From Xylella taiwanensis (GTDB taxonomy: Bacteria; Pseudomonadota; Gammaproteobacteria; Xanthomonadales; Xanthomonadaceae): a stretch of DNA of 32,000 nt. The DNA lies in NCBI RefSeq assembly GCF_013177435.1, contig NZ_CP053627.1:840001-872000 (forward strand). The letters are read 5' to 3'. Made by a program: the position numbers and the translations under genes. Positions within the stretch are counted from its first letter, which is position 1. Each line of letters starts with the position of its first letter. Under the pieces are notes generated by a model that had not been told where the DNA came from, ran no database searches, and saw nothing but the letters and a program-made list of their open reading frames with translations. Below, piece by piece: positions 11,765 through 18,195 of the stretch.

Positions 11765-12687
11765 TTAGGATCAAACTCCTTCGGAACATCGCGACCGAAC
11801 AGATAACGTTTGGGATTGTTTTCGAGTTTGTTACTGATTTGGCGCAAGTCACGTATCAGGCTGCGTAGCTCACTCAGGGTCGGACCGAATTGGCCCAGGC
11901 CTTCGTTGGCGAAGCTGTTAATGGCTGCGTGATTGTTGTCAAGAATGCTATTGGTGTTGTTGGCAGCTACGTCGATCTTGGTCAGCGTGGTGTCGAGTTT
12001 ATTCAGAATGGCGGGTAGGCGTTTTACTAGGTTCTGGTCCAATTGCTGCACTGTTCCGTTGGCGCTGGCTAGAGTGGTGTCCAGTTGGCGTGCAGCATCG
12101 CGCGCGCTGACCAGCAGTGCTTCTAAGCCTGTTTCGCTGTTAGATACTTGGGTGCTGATTTTCTGCAAGTTTTGCAAGGTGGCTGAGATCGCTGCGACAT
12201 TGTTGTCGCTGAGTACTTCGTTCAGACGTGCGACGATATCGTTAGCGGTGTCGGTGATATTTTGCAATGCAGATGGTGTGGTTTGGATCATTGGGGCGTC
12301 ATCTTTATCAATGCTTGTCAGTGGTGGTGATTCTGGGGTGCCGCCAGACAGTTGGATGATGGATGGGCCGGTCAAGCTGCTAATTGCTAGTTTTGCGCGC
12401 GTGTCTTTCTTGATGGGTGTGGTCGAGTTGACCCGGATATGTGCTACGACCTGGCGTGGATCATTCGGGGCGAGAGTCAGCTGAGTGACTGAACCGATGG
12501 CGATACCGTTGTATTGCACGGGGCTGCCGATGGATAGGCCGGTGACTGCTTCGCGGAACACCACTCTGTAGTTTTGCCAAGTGCGGTCGGAGGAGTATTT
12601 GGCTGCCCAGAGGCCAAAGAGCAGCAATGCCAGCCCAGTCAAAATGGTAAAGGTGCCGATCAGGACGTAGTGAGCTTTGGTTTCCAT
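11761..12687 (-). CDS. MCE-domain (MlaD-like) periplasmic substrate-binding component
   Basis: An N-terminal TM anchor (YVLIGTFTILTGLALLLFGLWAA) is followed by an MCE core (GLSIGSPVQYNGIAIGSVTQL) and a long helical C-terminal region. Confidence 0.85.
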   Translation of the reverse strand: METKAHYVLIGTFTILTGLALLLFGLWAAKYSSDRTWQNYRVVFREAVTGLSIGSPVQYNGIAIGSVTQLTLAPNDPRQVVAHIRVNSTTPIKKDTRAKLAISSLTGPSIIQLSGGTPESPPLTSIDKDDAPMIQTTPSALQNITDTANDIVARLNEVLSDNNVAAISATLQNLQKISTQVSNSETGLEALLVSARDAARQLDTTLASANGTVQQLDQNLVKRLPAILNKLDTTLTKIDVAANNTNSILDNNHAAINSFANEGLGQFGPTLSELRSLIRDLRQISNKLENNPKRYLFGRDVPKEFDPK

Positions 12688-12690
12688 GGT

Positions 12691-13530
12691 TTAGGTGGTT
12701 TCTATAGAGGCTTGCTGGGCGGCACGTGCAGCACGTCCCCGTGGTCCGTGGAAGTACGCACGGATCCACGGGTGATCGATGTGCTCGATCTCTGCTAACG
12801 GTGCGTTCGCGATGACTTTGCGTTCGGCCAGTACTGCGACGCGATCACAGATGGTATACAGCGTGTCCAGGTCGTGGGTGATTAGAAACACGGTCAAGCC
12901 CAGCGCTTTTTGCAGTGTCTTGATCAGCTGGTCAAACGAGGCTGCGCCGATCGGGTCTAGACCTGCGGTGGGCTCGTCCAGAAACAGGAGCGGGGGATCT
13001 AGCGCAAGTGCACGTGCCAGGCCAGCACGCTTGCGCATGCCACCGGACAGTTGCGAAGGTAGCTTATCCAGTGCGTTGGCTGGCAGTCCTGCGAGCTTGA
13101 TTTTGAGCAGTGCCAGTTCGTAGTACCAGCGTTCGGTCAATGCTCCGTGGTGTTCCTTAAGTGGCACTTGTACGTTTTCGCCGACTGTCATCGAGGAGAA
13201 CAATGCACCATCCTGAAATAGTACACCCGTGTTACGAGTGATGAGGCGCCGGTCCTCAGAGGTTTTCGAGTGGGCGTTTACACCGAGTACCTCGATCCAT
13301 CCAGCGTTGGGGGTGTGCAACCCTAGGATAGTACGCATTAATACCGATTTTCCGGTACCTGAGCCACCGACCACACCCAGGATTTCGCCGTGACGTACGT
13401 CCATGTCCAGCCCATCGTGTACGGTCTGTGTACCGAAGCGATTGATTAAGCCGCGCACGCGGATTGCCAAGTTTTCTTCGTGATGCTCTCCAGCGATGCT
13501 ATTTGCCGGATGTGTTGTCGTCTTGCTCAT
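12691..13530 (-). CDS. ABC transporter ATP-binding protein (MlaF-like)
   Basis: Walker A GGSGTGKS, ABC signature LSGGMRKRAGLARAL, Walker B LLFLDEPTAGLDP and H-loop ITHDL are all present. Confidence 0.93.
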   Translation of the reverse strand: MSKTTTHPANSIAGEHHEENLAIRVRGLINRFGTQTVHDGLDMDVRHGEILGVVGGSGTGKSVLMRTILGLHTPNAGWIEVLGVNAHSKTSEDRRLITRNTGVLFQDGALFSSMTVGENVQVPLKEHHGALTERWYYELALLKIKLAGLPANALDKLPSQLSGGMRKRAGLARALALDPPLLFLDEPTAGLDPIGAASFDQLIKTLQKALGLTVFLITHDLDTLYTICDRVAVLAERKVIANAPLAEIEHIDHPWIRAYFHGPRGRAARAAQQASIETT

Positions 13531-13534
13531 TGCT

Positions 13535-14707
13535 TCACCAACCCATACGCATGAACCACAACGCTGCTAACGCATCGATGATGATCACCAGCGAGATCGT
13601 CTGTACCACACTGGAGGTCGTATGTTTGCCGACCGACTGCGCAGTGCCGGTGACTTTGAGTCCTTCCAGACAGCCGATCAGTCCGATGATCAGTGCAAAC
13701 AGCGGCGCCTTGGACAGACCGATCAGGAAATGCCGGACCTGCATGGTTTCGTGCATGCGTGACAAGTACATTTGTGGAGGAATGCCTAGGTCGAATGCAC
13801 CCACGGTGATTCCCCCTGCCAAGCCGGCGATCATTGCGATGAAGGTCAACAGTGGGAGCATGACTAGCAGTGCGACCAGACGTGGGATGACCAGCAGGTC
13901 GATCGGGTCCAGTCCCAGGGTTTGGATTGCGTCAATCTCTTCGCGCGACTTCATTGCACCGATTTGTGCGGTGAATGCGCTAGCGGTGCGTCCGGCCAGG
14001 ACAATGGCGGTCAACAGCACGGCGAACTCACGCAGGAAGGCAATGTTGACCAATTCGACCACGAATATTTCTGCACCAAAGTTGCGCAAGATGGTCGAAC
14101 CTAGGAATGCGATCACCGCACCTACTAGGTAGGACAGCACCACCACCAGCGGCACTGCATCCAGGCCGACTTGCTCCATGTGGTGCACGGTGGAGGTGAG
14201 GCGAAAGCGTCGTGGTTCGCGTGCCAGTTGAACTATCTTGAGCAAGTTCTCGCCGAGGAAGCTGCATACGTCGACAATATTGTGGCCGATTTTGGTTACT
14301 GCGATGCCTAGGCGCTCCAATGCCGCAAGAAAACCGTAGTCACGTTGAGACCTGGGATGCTCATCGTCGAGAATCTCAATTGTGGAGATCAAGGTGCGAT
14401 GCTCCTCACGAAACTCAATTGCTTCGTTCTTAAGTCCGGTATGTGCGGCGAAACGCAGTAGCTGCAGTACTCCAGCCGAATCCAGATGATCGATGTTACG
14501 AGCGTTGATGTGCCGGATGGTGTTGGTATGTAACTGCAGTAACTCAGCTGCAGCTAATATGTTAGCTAATACCCAGCTGCCGCTCAGGTGTATCCGGCTA
14601 CCGTCTTGGGCGTCTTGTTCAATGTGTGGTGCAGTCAAGGTGTTTATCGGCATAATGCGGGGTACAGCATACCTTGGTCTGCGTGAAGCGCGGATATCGA
14701 TTTTCAC
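13535..14707 (-). CDS. ABC transporter permease (MlaE-like) with an N-terminal STAS-like extension
   Basis: The C-terminal roughly 260 aa are polytopic and MlaE-like (REFAVLLTAIVLAGRTASAFTAQIGAMK...). The N-terminal roughly 120 aa (RIHLSGSWVLANI...IDHLDSAGVLQLLRF) resemble a STAS domain. The start is uncertain (GTG 14707 or ATG 14653). Confidence 0.82.
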   Translation of the reverse strand: MKIDIRASRRPRYAVPRIMPINTLTAPHIEQDAQDGSRIHLSGSWVLANILAAAELLQLHTNTIRHINARNIDHLDSAGVLQLLRFAAHTGLKNEAIEFREEHRTLISTIEILDDEHPRSQRDYGFLAALERLGIAVTKIGHNIVDVCSFLGENLLKIVQLAREPRRFRLTSTVHHMEQVGLDAVPLVVVLSYLVGAVIAFLGSTILRNFGAEIFVVELVNIAFLREFAVLLTAIVLAGRTASAFTAQIGAMKSREEIDAIQTLGLDPIDLLVIPRLVALLVMLPLLTFIAMIAGLAGGITVGAFDLGIPPQMYLSRMHETMQVRHFLIGLSKAPLFALIIGLIGCLEGLKVTGTAQSVGKHTTSSVVQTISLVIIIDALAALWFMRMGW

Positions 14708-14789
14708 GTGTCAGACATTGGGTTAGCATTTTCTTGCGGGGGACGGCATACACTGGCTGTCTTGGCTATTCGTGCTTTTTATCTGACGT

Positions 14790-16049
14790 ATGTCTTCTGT
14801 CCCTGTCCTTTCACCCGCCGTTTCCACCAGTTATGCGCAGCGCGTTGCGTTTGTGACTGAGATTGCCGGACGCCTGCATTCATATGGCACTACCGCACAG
14901 CGGCTGGAAGCATCGTTGGTGGCTCTGAGTCAGCAACTTGGATTGGATTGTGAGCCATGGTCTAATCCGACGGGCATTATTCTCAGCTTCAGTGATCCAG
15001 CGAAGACAATCGGCTCTAGTGATATTACCCGAGTGATCCGGTTGGCACCGGGTGAAAACGATCTGTACAAGCTTAGTGTGGCTGACAATGTCGCTCAAGC
15101 GGTAGCCTCTGGTCGAATGAGCATCTCCCAGGGGCACACTGCATTGCGCCGGTTGGATCGCGAGTTGGATCGGCGTTCCAAAATGATACAAGTGTTCGGT
15201 TTCGGGCTGGCCGCGGCTGGTGTTGCTGGACTGTGGAAGCTGCCGTGGCTGGATATCGCCACAGCTTCGACGGTTGGTTTGCTGATTGGCCTGCTGACAC
15301 AGTACACCGACCACCGTCCCGCGACGCGTGAGGCCAGTGAGGCATTGGCTGCATTGCTGGCTGGTTTCGTTGCTACGCTGGTAGCCACGTTGGTTGGTCC
15401 GATCAACCTTAATACGGTGATTATTGCTTCGGTAGTGGTATTGCTACCCGGTATGTCACTGACCAACGCTGTGAACGAATTGTCAAGCCAGCATTGGGTC
15501 TCAGGTACAGCACGGTTGGCTGGCGCACTGACTGTGGTATTCAAGCTCACGGTTGGGGCTGTGATCGCAGTGAATTTGTGCAAGCTGATTGGGTTGAAAC
15601 CGCAAATATACGTAGCCCAGACACAGCCGCAATGGATTGAATGGGTGGCACTGTTGACCACGGCTTATGGGTTCGCGGTGCTGTTCAAGGCACGTTTACG
15701 CGATTACCCATGGGTGATGGCTGCTGCAATGGCTGGTTATGTCATCGCGCGTTATGCCGGGAAATTATGGGGCAATGCCGAAGGCGTGTTTCTGTCGGCG
15801 ATGGCATTGACCGCAGCAGGCAATTTATTTGGCCGTTTGATGCCTAAACCTGGTGCGTTGATTCGTGTACCAGGGATCATCATGCTGGTGCCCGGCAGTA
15901 CTAGTATGCGTGGGTTCATGGATGTGGTTGAACAGCAAAGCATCAATGTGGGCCAGGATGAATTGCTAAGTGTCACAAATGTGGTGATGGCGCTTGTGGC
16001 GGGTTTGTTGTTTGGCAATCTACTGATACCGACGCGTAAGAATCTGTAG
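14790..16049 (+). CDS. Threonine/serine exporter (ThrE) family membrane protein, fused two-part form
   Basis: The 419-aa protein has a soluble N-terminal region followed by about 10 hydrophobic segments. The motifs LLPGMSLTNAVNEL and MLVPGSTSMRGF are typical of the ThrE/ThrE_2 halves. Confidence 0.75.
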   Translation: MSSVPVLSPAVSTSYAQRVAFVTEIAGRLHSYGTTAQRLEASLVALSQQLGLDCEPWSNPTGIILSFSDPAKTIGSSDITRVIRLAPGENDLYKLSVADNVAQAVASGRMSISQGHTALRRLDRELDRRSKMIQVFGFGLAAAGVAGLWKLPWLDIATASTVGLLIGLLTQYTDHRPATREASEALAALLAGFVATLVATLVGPINLNTVIIASVVVLLPGMSLTNAVNELSSQHWVSGTARLAGALTVVFKLTVGAVIAVNLCKLIGLKPQIYVAQTQPQWIEWVALLTTAYGFAVLFKARLRDYPWVMAAAMAGYVIARYAGKLWGNAEGVFLSAMALTAAGNLFGRLMPKPGALIRVPGIIMLVPGSTSMRGFMDVVEQQSINVGQDELLSVTNVVMALVAGLLFGNLLIPTRKNL

Positions 16050-16181
16050 TCATGTGCTGAACTGTAATTTCGGGGTTATTTTATTGCTCACGCTGTACGC
16101 GATTTTTTTAATATAAAGCCATAAAATTTTTTTATTTAATTATTTAGTGAAAAAACGAATGAAATTCTATCCGTATTTGGA

Positions 16182-16197
16182 TTATCCACCTGGATAA
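16182..16197. promoter_or_regulatory. Perfect palindrome TTATCCA-CC-TGGATAA upstream of the peptide array
   Basis: A 7-bp perfect inverted repeat separated by 2 nt. The half-site plus spacer, TTATCCACC, is one mismatch from the DnaA-box consensus TTATCCACA. It is a candidate operator of unknown function. Confidence 0.3.
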
Positions 16198-16263
16198 GTG
16201 CTGTTGTTTGATTTTATTGATGTTATTTTCCAGTAGTATTTTCTCTATTGACAATGTTTCCCG

Positions 16264-16326
16264 TATGTGATTTCCTTCGGGATGTTCTCTAAATAATGTG
16301 TCTTTCGTCACATAATTTTAATGTGT
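16264..16326. promoter_or_regulatory. Cluster of four ATGTG(A/T) motifs 55-117 nt upstream of the first peptide gene
   Basis: TATGTGA lies at 16264-16270, TAATGTGT at 16294-16301, TCACATA (inverted) at 16308-16314 and TAATGTGT at 16319-16326. The last two form the imperfect palindrome CACATAATTTTAATGTG. Confidence 0.3.
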
Positions 16327-16380
16327 AACACGTTAAATAGAGTGGAGTACATCAACGTCAACTTTGGAGAGTAAGCAACT

Positions 16381-16554
16381 ATGCGTACGATCAATGCAGC
16401 AGAAATGGAAGAAGTTTCTGGTGGCAGTTTGGGCCTGGCGGCTCTTGGGGTAATTGGGACAGCTATTACCTTATATAAAAATGTTTCTTATATTTATAGT
16501 TCAGTTACAGATTTTATAAGTGGCTTTGGTTTGGGTTACAATAAAAAGTCTTAA
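16381..16554 (+). CDS. Double-glycine-leader peptide P1 (57 aa), putative class II microcin/bacteriocin precursor
   Basis: Translated by hand; too short for the ORF track. Sequence: MRTINAAEMEEVSGG|SLGLAALGVIGTAITLYKNVSYIYSSVTDFISGFGLGYNKKS. GGAGAG lies about 10 nt upstream. The 15-aa leader ends in GG. Confidence 0.75.
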   Translation: MRTINAAEMEEVSGGSLGLAALGVIGTAITLYKNVSYIYSSVTDFISGFGLGYNKKS

Positions 16555-16610
16555 GTGTGTTTATCTAGAGATTTTCTAAAAATTATTGAAATTTAGGAGT
16601 TAATACAGAG

Positions 16611-16778
16611 ATGCGTGAGCTTAGTAAAGTGGAAGTAGACCAAGTTTCTGGTGAAGGTATGTGGGAAGATATCGGTCAAACTACAGGTACGGTTTTCCGT
16701 TGGTTTGCAGACAGCATCACTTCATTATTTGGTGCAGGTTTTTTCTCATTATTTAGTATCTTTAATAAAAAATCTTAA
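16611..16778 (+). CDS. Double-glycine-type-leader peptide P2 (55 aa)
   Basis: Translated by hand; not in the track. Sequence: MRELSKVEVDQVSGE|GMWEDIGQTTGTVFRWFADSITSLFGAGFFSLFSIFNKKS. AGGAG lies upstream. The leader is homologous to P3-P7 but has Glu at the -1 position. Confidence 0.7.
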   Translation: MRELSKVEVDQVSGEGMWEDIGQTTGTVFRWFADSITSLFGAGFFSLFSIFNKKS

Positions 16779-16823
16779 GCGAATTTAATAGAGCTTTTTA
16801 TTGAAGTCAGGAGTTAATTAGAG

Positions 16824-16985
16824 ATGCGTGAGATGAGTGAATTGGAAATTGAAAGGATTTCTGGTGCGGGCATATGGGATGATTTGAGTACAGGTGTCAA
16901 TATTGTCTTTCATTGGGTTACAGTCAATATTGATGATATTAAGGCATTCTTTAATGGATTCTATCAAGGTTACAATAAAAAATAA
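16824..16985 (+). CDS. Double-glycine-type-leader peptide P3 (53 aa), core paralogous to P2
   Basis: Translated by hand; not in the track. Sequence: MREMSELEIERISGA|GIWDDLSTGVNIVFHWVTVNIDDIKAFFNGFYQGYNKK. AGGAG lies upstream. Confidence 0.7.
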   Translation: MREMSELEIERISGAGIWDDLSTGVNIVFHWVTVNIDDIKAFFNGFYQGYNKK

Positions 16986-17040
16986 TAAATCCGTTTGTTG
17001 ATTTTTTATAAATTAATCAAGTCGAAAGGAAAATTTAGAA

Positions 17041-17262
17041 ATGCGTGAGCTTAATCAAGTGGAAGTTGAACAGATTTCTGGTGCAAGTGGTGGTGGTCGT
17101 GGCGGGCTTTTAGGCGCAATTTTTAATAATATATTAGGTGGTTTGTCCCCTGTATTTAACAATAGCCCTGTTTCTTTTAATCCTTTTAACATTTTTAACC
17201 CTTTAAAAATTTTAAATCTTTTAAAGCCTGCTTCGTCTGTCCTTGAGAATAGTAAATCTTAA
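17041..17262 (+). CDS. Double-glycine-type-leader peptide P4 (73 aa), FNP-repeat core
   Basis: Track ORF. Sequence: MRELNQVEVEQISGA|SGGGRGGLLGAIFNNILGGLSPVFNNSPVSFNPFNIFNPLKILNLLKPASSVLENSKS. AAAGGA lies upstream. Confidence 0.8.
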   Translation: MRELNQVEVEQISGASGGGRGGLLGAIFNNILGGLSPVFNNSPVSFNPFNIFNPLKILNLLKPASSVLENSKS

Positions 17263-17325
17263 CCTTAACCTTTACCTTTAGAGTAATTTTTTAACGTTTC
17301 ATAAATTAAAGAGGTGAGTTTAGAA

Positions 17326-17535
17326 ATGCGTGAGCTTAATCAGGTAGAAGTTGAACAGATTTCTGGTGCAAGTGGTGGTGGTCGTGGTGGGCTTTTAGGC
17401 GCAATTTTTAATAATATATTAGGTGGTTTGTCCCCTGTATTTAACGATAGCCCTGTTTCTTTTAATCCTTTTAACATTTTTAATCCTTTAAAACTTTTAG
17501 AACCTATTACTAAACTTCTGAGTGGTAAGTCTTAA
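17326..17535 (+). CDS. Double-glycine-type-leader peptide P5 (69 aa), near-duplicate of P4 with a different C-terminus
   Basis: The track ORF starts at 17314. The ATG at 17326 aligns with the other cassettes and follows AGAGGTGAG. The first 56 codons differ from P4 at 5 nt, 4 of them synonymous. Confidence 0.8.
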   Translation: MRELNQVEVEQISGASGGGRGGLLGAIFNNILGGLSPVFNDSPVSFNPFNIFNPLKLLEPITKLLSGKS

Positions 17536-17586
17536 ATCTGTTTGTTAGGCTTTTTTAAATTAATAAAATGAATCGGGGGGTTAGAG

Positions 17587-17829
17587 ATGCGTGAGCTTAA
17601 GCAAGTGGAAGCTGAACAGGTTTCTGGTGCATTTTCTATTTCTATTGCAATTTTTAATAATATAGTGGGTGGTTTATCTTCTGAGTTTAAGGATGCCGCC
17701 ATTTCTTTTAATCCTGTTAACATTTTTAACCCTTTAAAAATTTTTAAACCTGCTATGCCTAGCCTTGAGACTAGTGAGTCTAATATTATGGCTAGCCTTT
17801 GGGGTCGTTGTTTTAAAGCTAAGTCTTAA
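17587..17829 (+). CDS. Double-glycine-type-leader peptide P6 (80 aa)
   Basis: Track ORF. Sequence: MRELKQVEAEQVSGA|FSISIAIFNNIVGGLSSEFKDAAISFNPVNIFNPLKIFKPAMPSLETSESNIMASLWGRCFKAKS. It shares the IFNNI.GGLS and SFNP.NIFNPLK blocks with P4 and P5. Confidence 0.78.
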   Translation: MRELKQVEAEQVSGAFSISIAIFNNIVGGLSSEFKDAAISFNPVNIFNPLKIFKPAMPSLETSESNIMASLWGRCFKAKS

Positions 17830-17875
17830 AATTGGTTTGTTAGTTTTTAAATTAATGAATGAGAAGAATTTAGAG

Positions 17876-18070
17876 ATGCGTGAGCTTAATCAAGTGGAAG
17901 TTGAACAGGTTTCTGGTGCATGTTTGAATACATTTTTTAGTAATTTATTAAGTGGTTTGTCCGGTTTGTTTAGTAGTAGTACTGTTTCTACTGATCCTAC
18001 TACGTCTAGCCTTGCGGCTAGTGCGTCTAGCTTTCTGACTAACTTTCTGAGTGCTTTTTTAAAGCGTTAA
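17876..18070 (+). CDS. Double-glycine-type-leader peptide P7 (64 aa), Ser/Leu-rich core
   Basis: The track ORF 17765-18070 is over-extended. The ATG at 17876 aligns with the cassette starts. Sequence: MRELNQVEVEQVSGA|CLNTFFSNLLSGLSGLFSSSTVSTDPTTSSLAASASSFLTNFLSAFLKR. Confidence 0.75.
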   Translation: MRELNQVEVEQVSGACLNTFFSNLLSGLSGLFSSSTVSTDPTTSSLAASASSFLTNFLSAFLKR

Positions 18071-18165
18071 GTCTTAAATCTGGCTACTAGATTTTTTATA
18101 AACCAAAGATTTGTTGTAAAAGGCAATCTTAAACCATTATAAGTTGTATCTTTAGCTTCGTTTAT

Positions 18166-18195
18166 GCCCCTTCATAGTTAATTCTCTGAAGGGGC
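18166..18195 (+). terminator. Stem-loop downstream of the seven-cassette array
   Basis: GCCCCTTCA (18166-18174) pairs with TGAAGGGGC (18187-18195): a 9-bp perfect stem and a 12-nt loop. The T-tail (TCTTG) is weak. Confidence 0.45.

Larger units (their letters stand above)
16381..18100 (+). repeat. Tandem array of seven gene cassettes with start-to-start spacing of 213-289 bp
   Basis: TTAGA(G/A)ATGCGTGAG...TTTCTGGTG recurs at the starts 16381, 16611, 16824, 17041, 17326, 17587 and 17876. The 3' junction AA(G/A)TCTTAA plus a T-rich spacer also recurs. The cores between these conserved parts are divergent. Confidence 0.85.

Noticed and set aside
11123-14707. The nearby ABC transporter as the exporter for the double-glycine-leader peptides
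   Set aside because: The ATPase is a stand-alone MlaF-like subunit and the permease is MlaE-like. There is no C39 peptidase domain, no fused TMD-NBD exporter architecture and no HlyD-type MFP.
16248-16253. TTGACA hexamer as the -35 element of the array promoter
   Set aside because: At 16-18 bp spacing the candidate -10 hexamers (ATTTCC, TTTCCT, TTCCTT) are poor matches to TATAAT. I cannot support a promoter call from sequence alone.
17532-17723. 63-aa minus-strand ORF antisense to the P5/P6 region
   Set aside because: It is a shadow ORF opposite a better-supported gene in AT-rich DNA. It has no RBS and no recognisable features.
17765-17875. N-terminal extension of the track ORF 17765-18070 (MRLVSLILWLAFGVV...)
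   Set aside because: It overlaps the 3' end of P6 in another frame. The internal ATG at 17876 aligns exactly with the six other cassette starts and has its own purine-rich RBS region.
17918-17923. P7 'SGA|C' as a lipoprotein lipobox
   Set aside because: The preceding 15 residues are charged and polar (a double-glycine leader) with no hydrophobic h-region, so this is not a Sec/SPase II signal.
16381-18100. Regular 213-289-bp periodic repeats that might be mistaken for a CRISPR array or a non-coding satellite
   Set aside because: The repeated parts are RBS, start codon and leader-coding sequence, plus the stop-codon junction. The period is far too long for CRISPR. The variable parts are in-frame ORFs and there are no cas genes.
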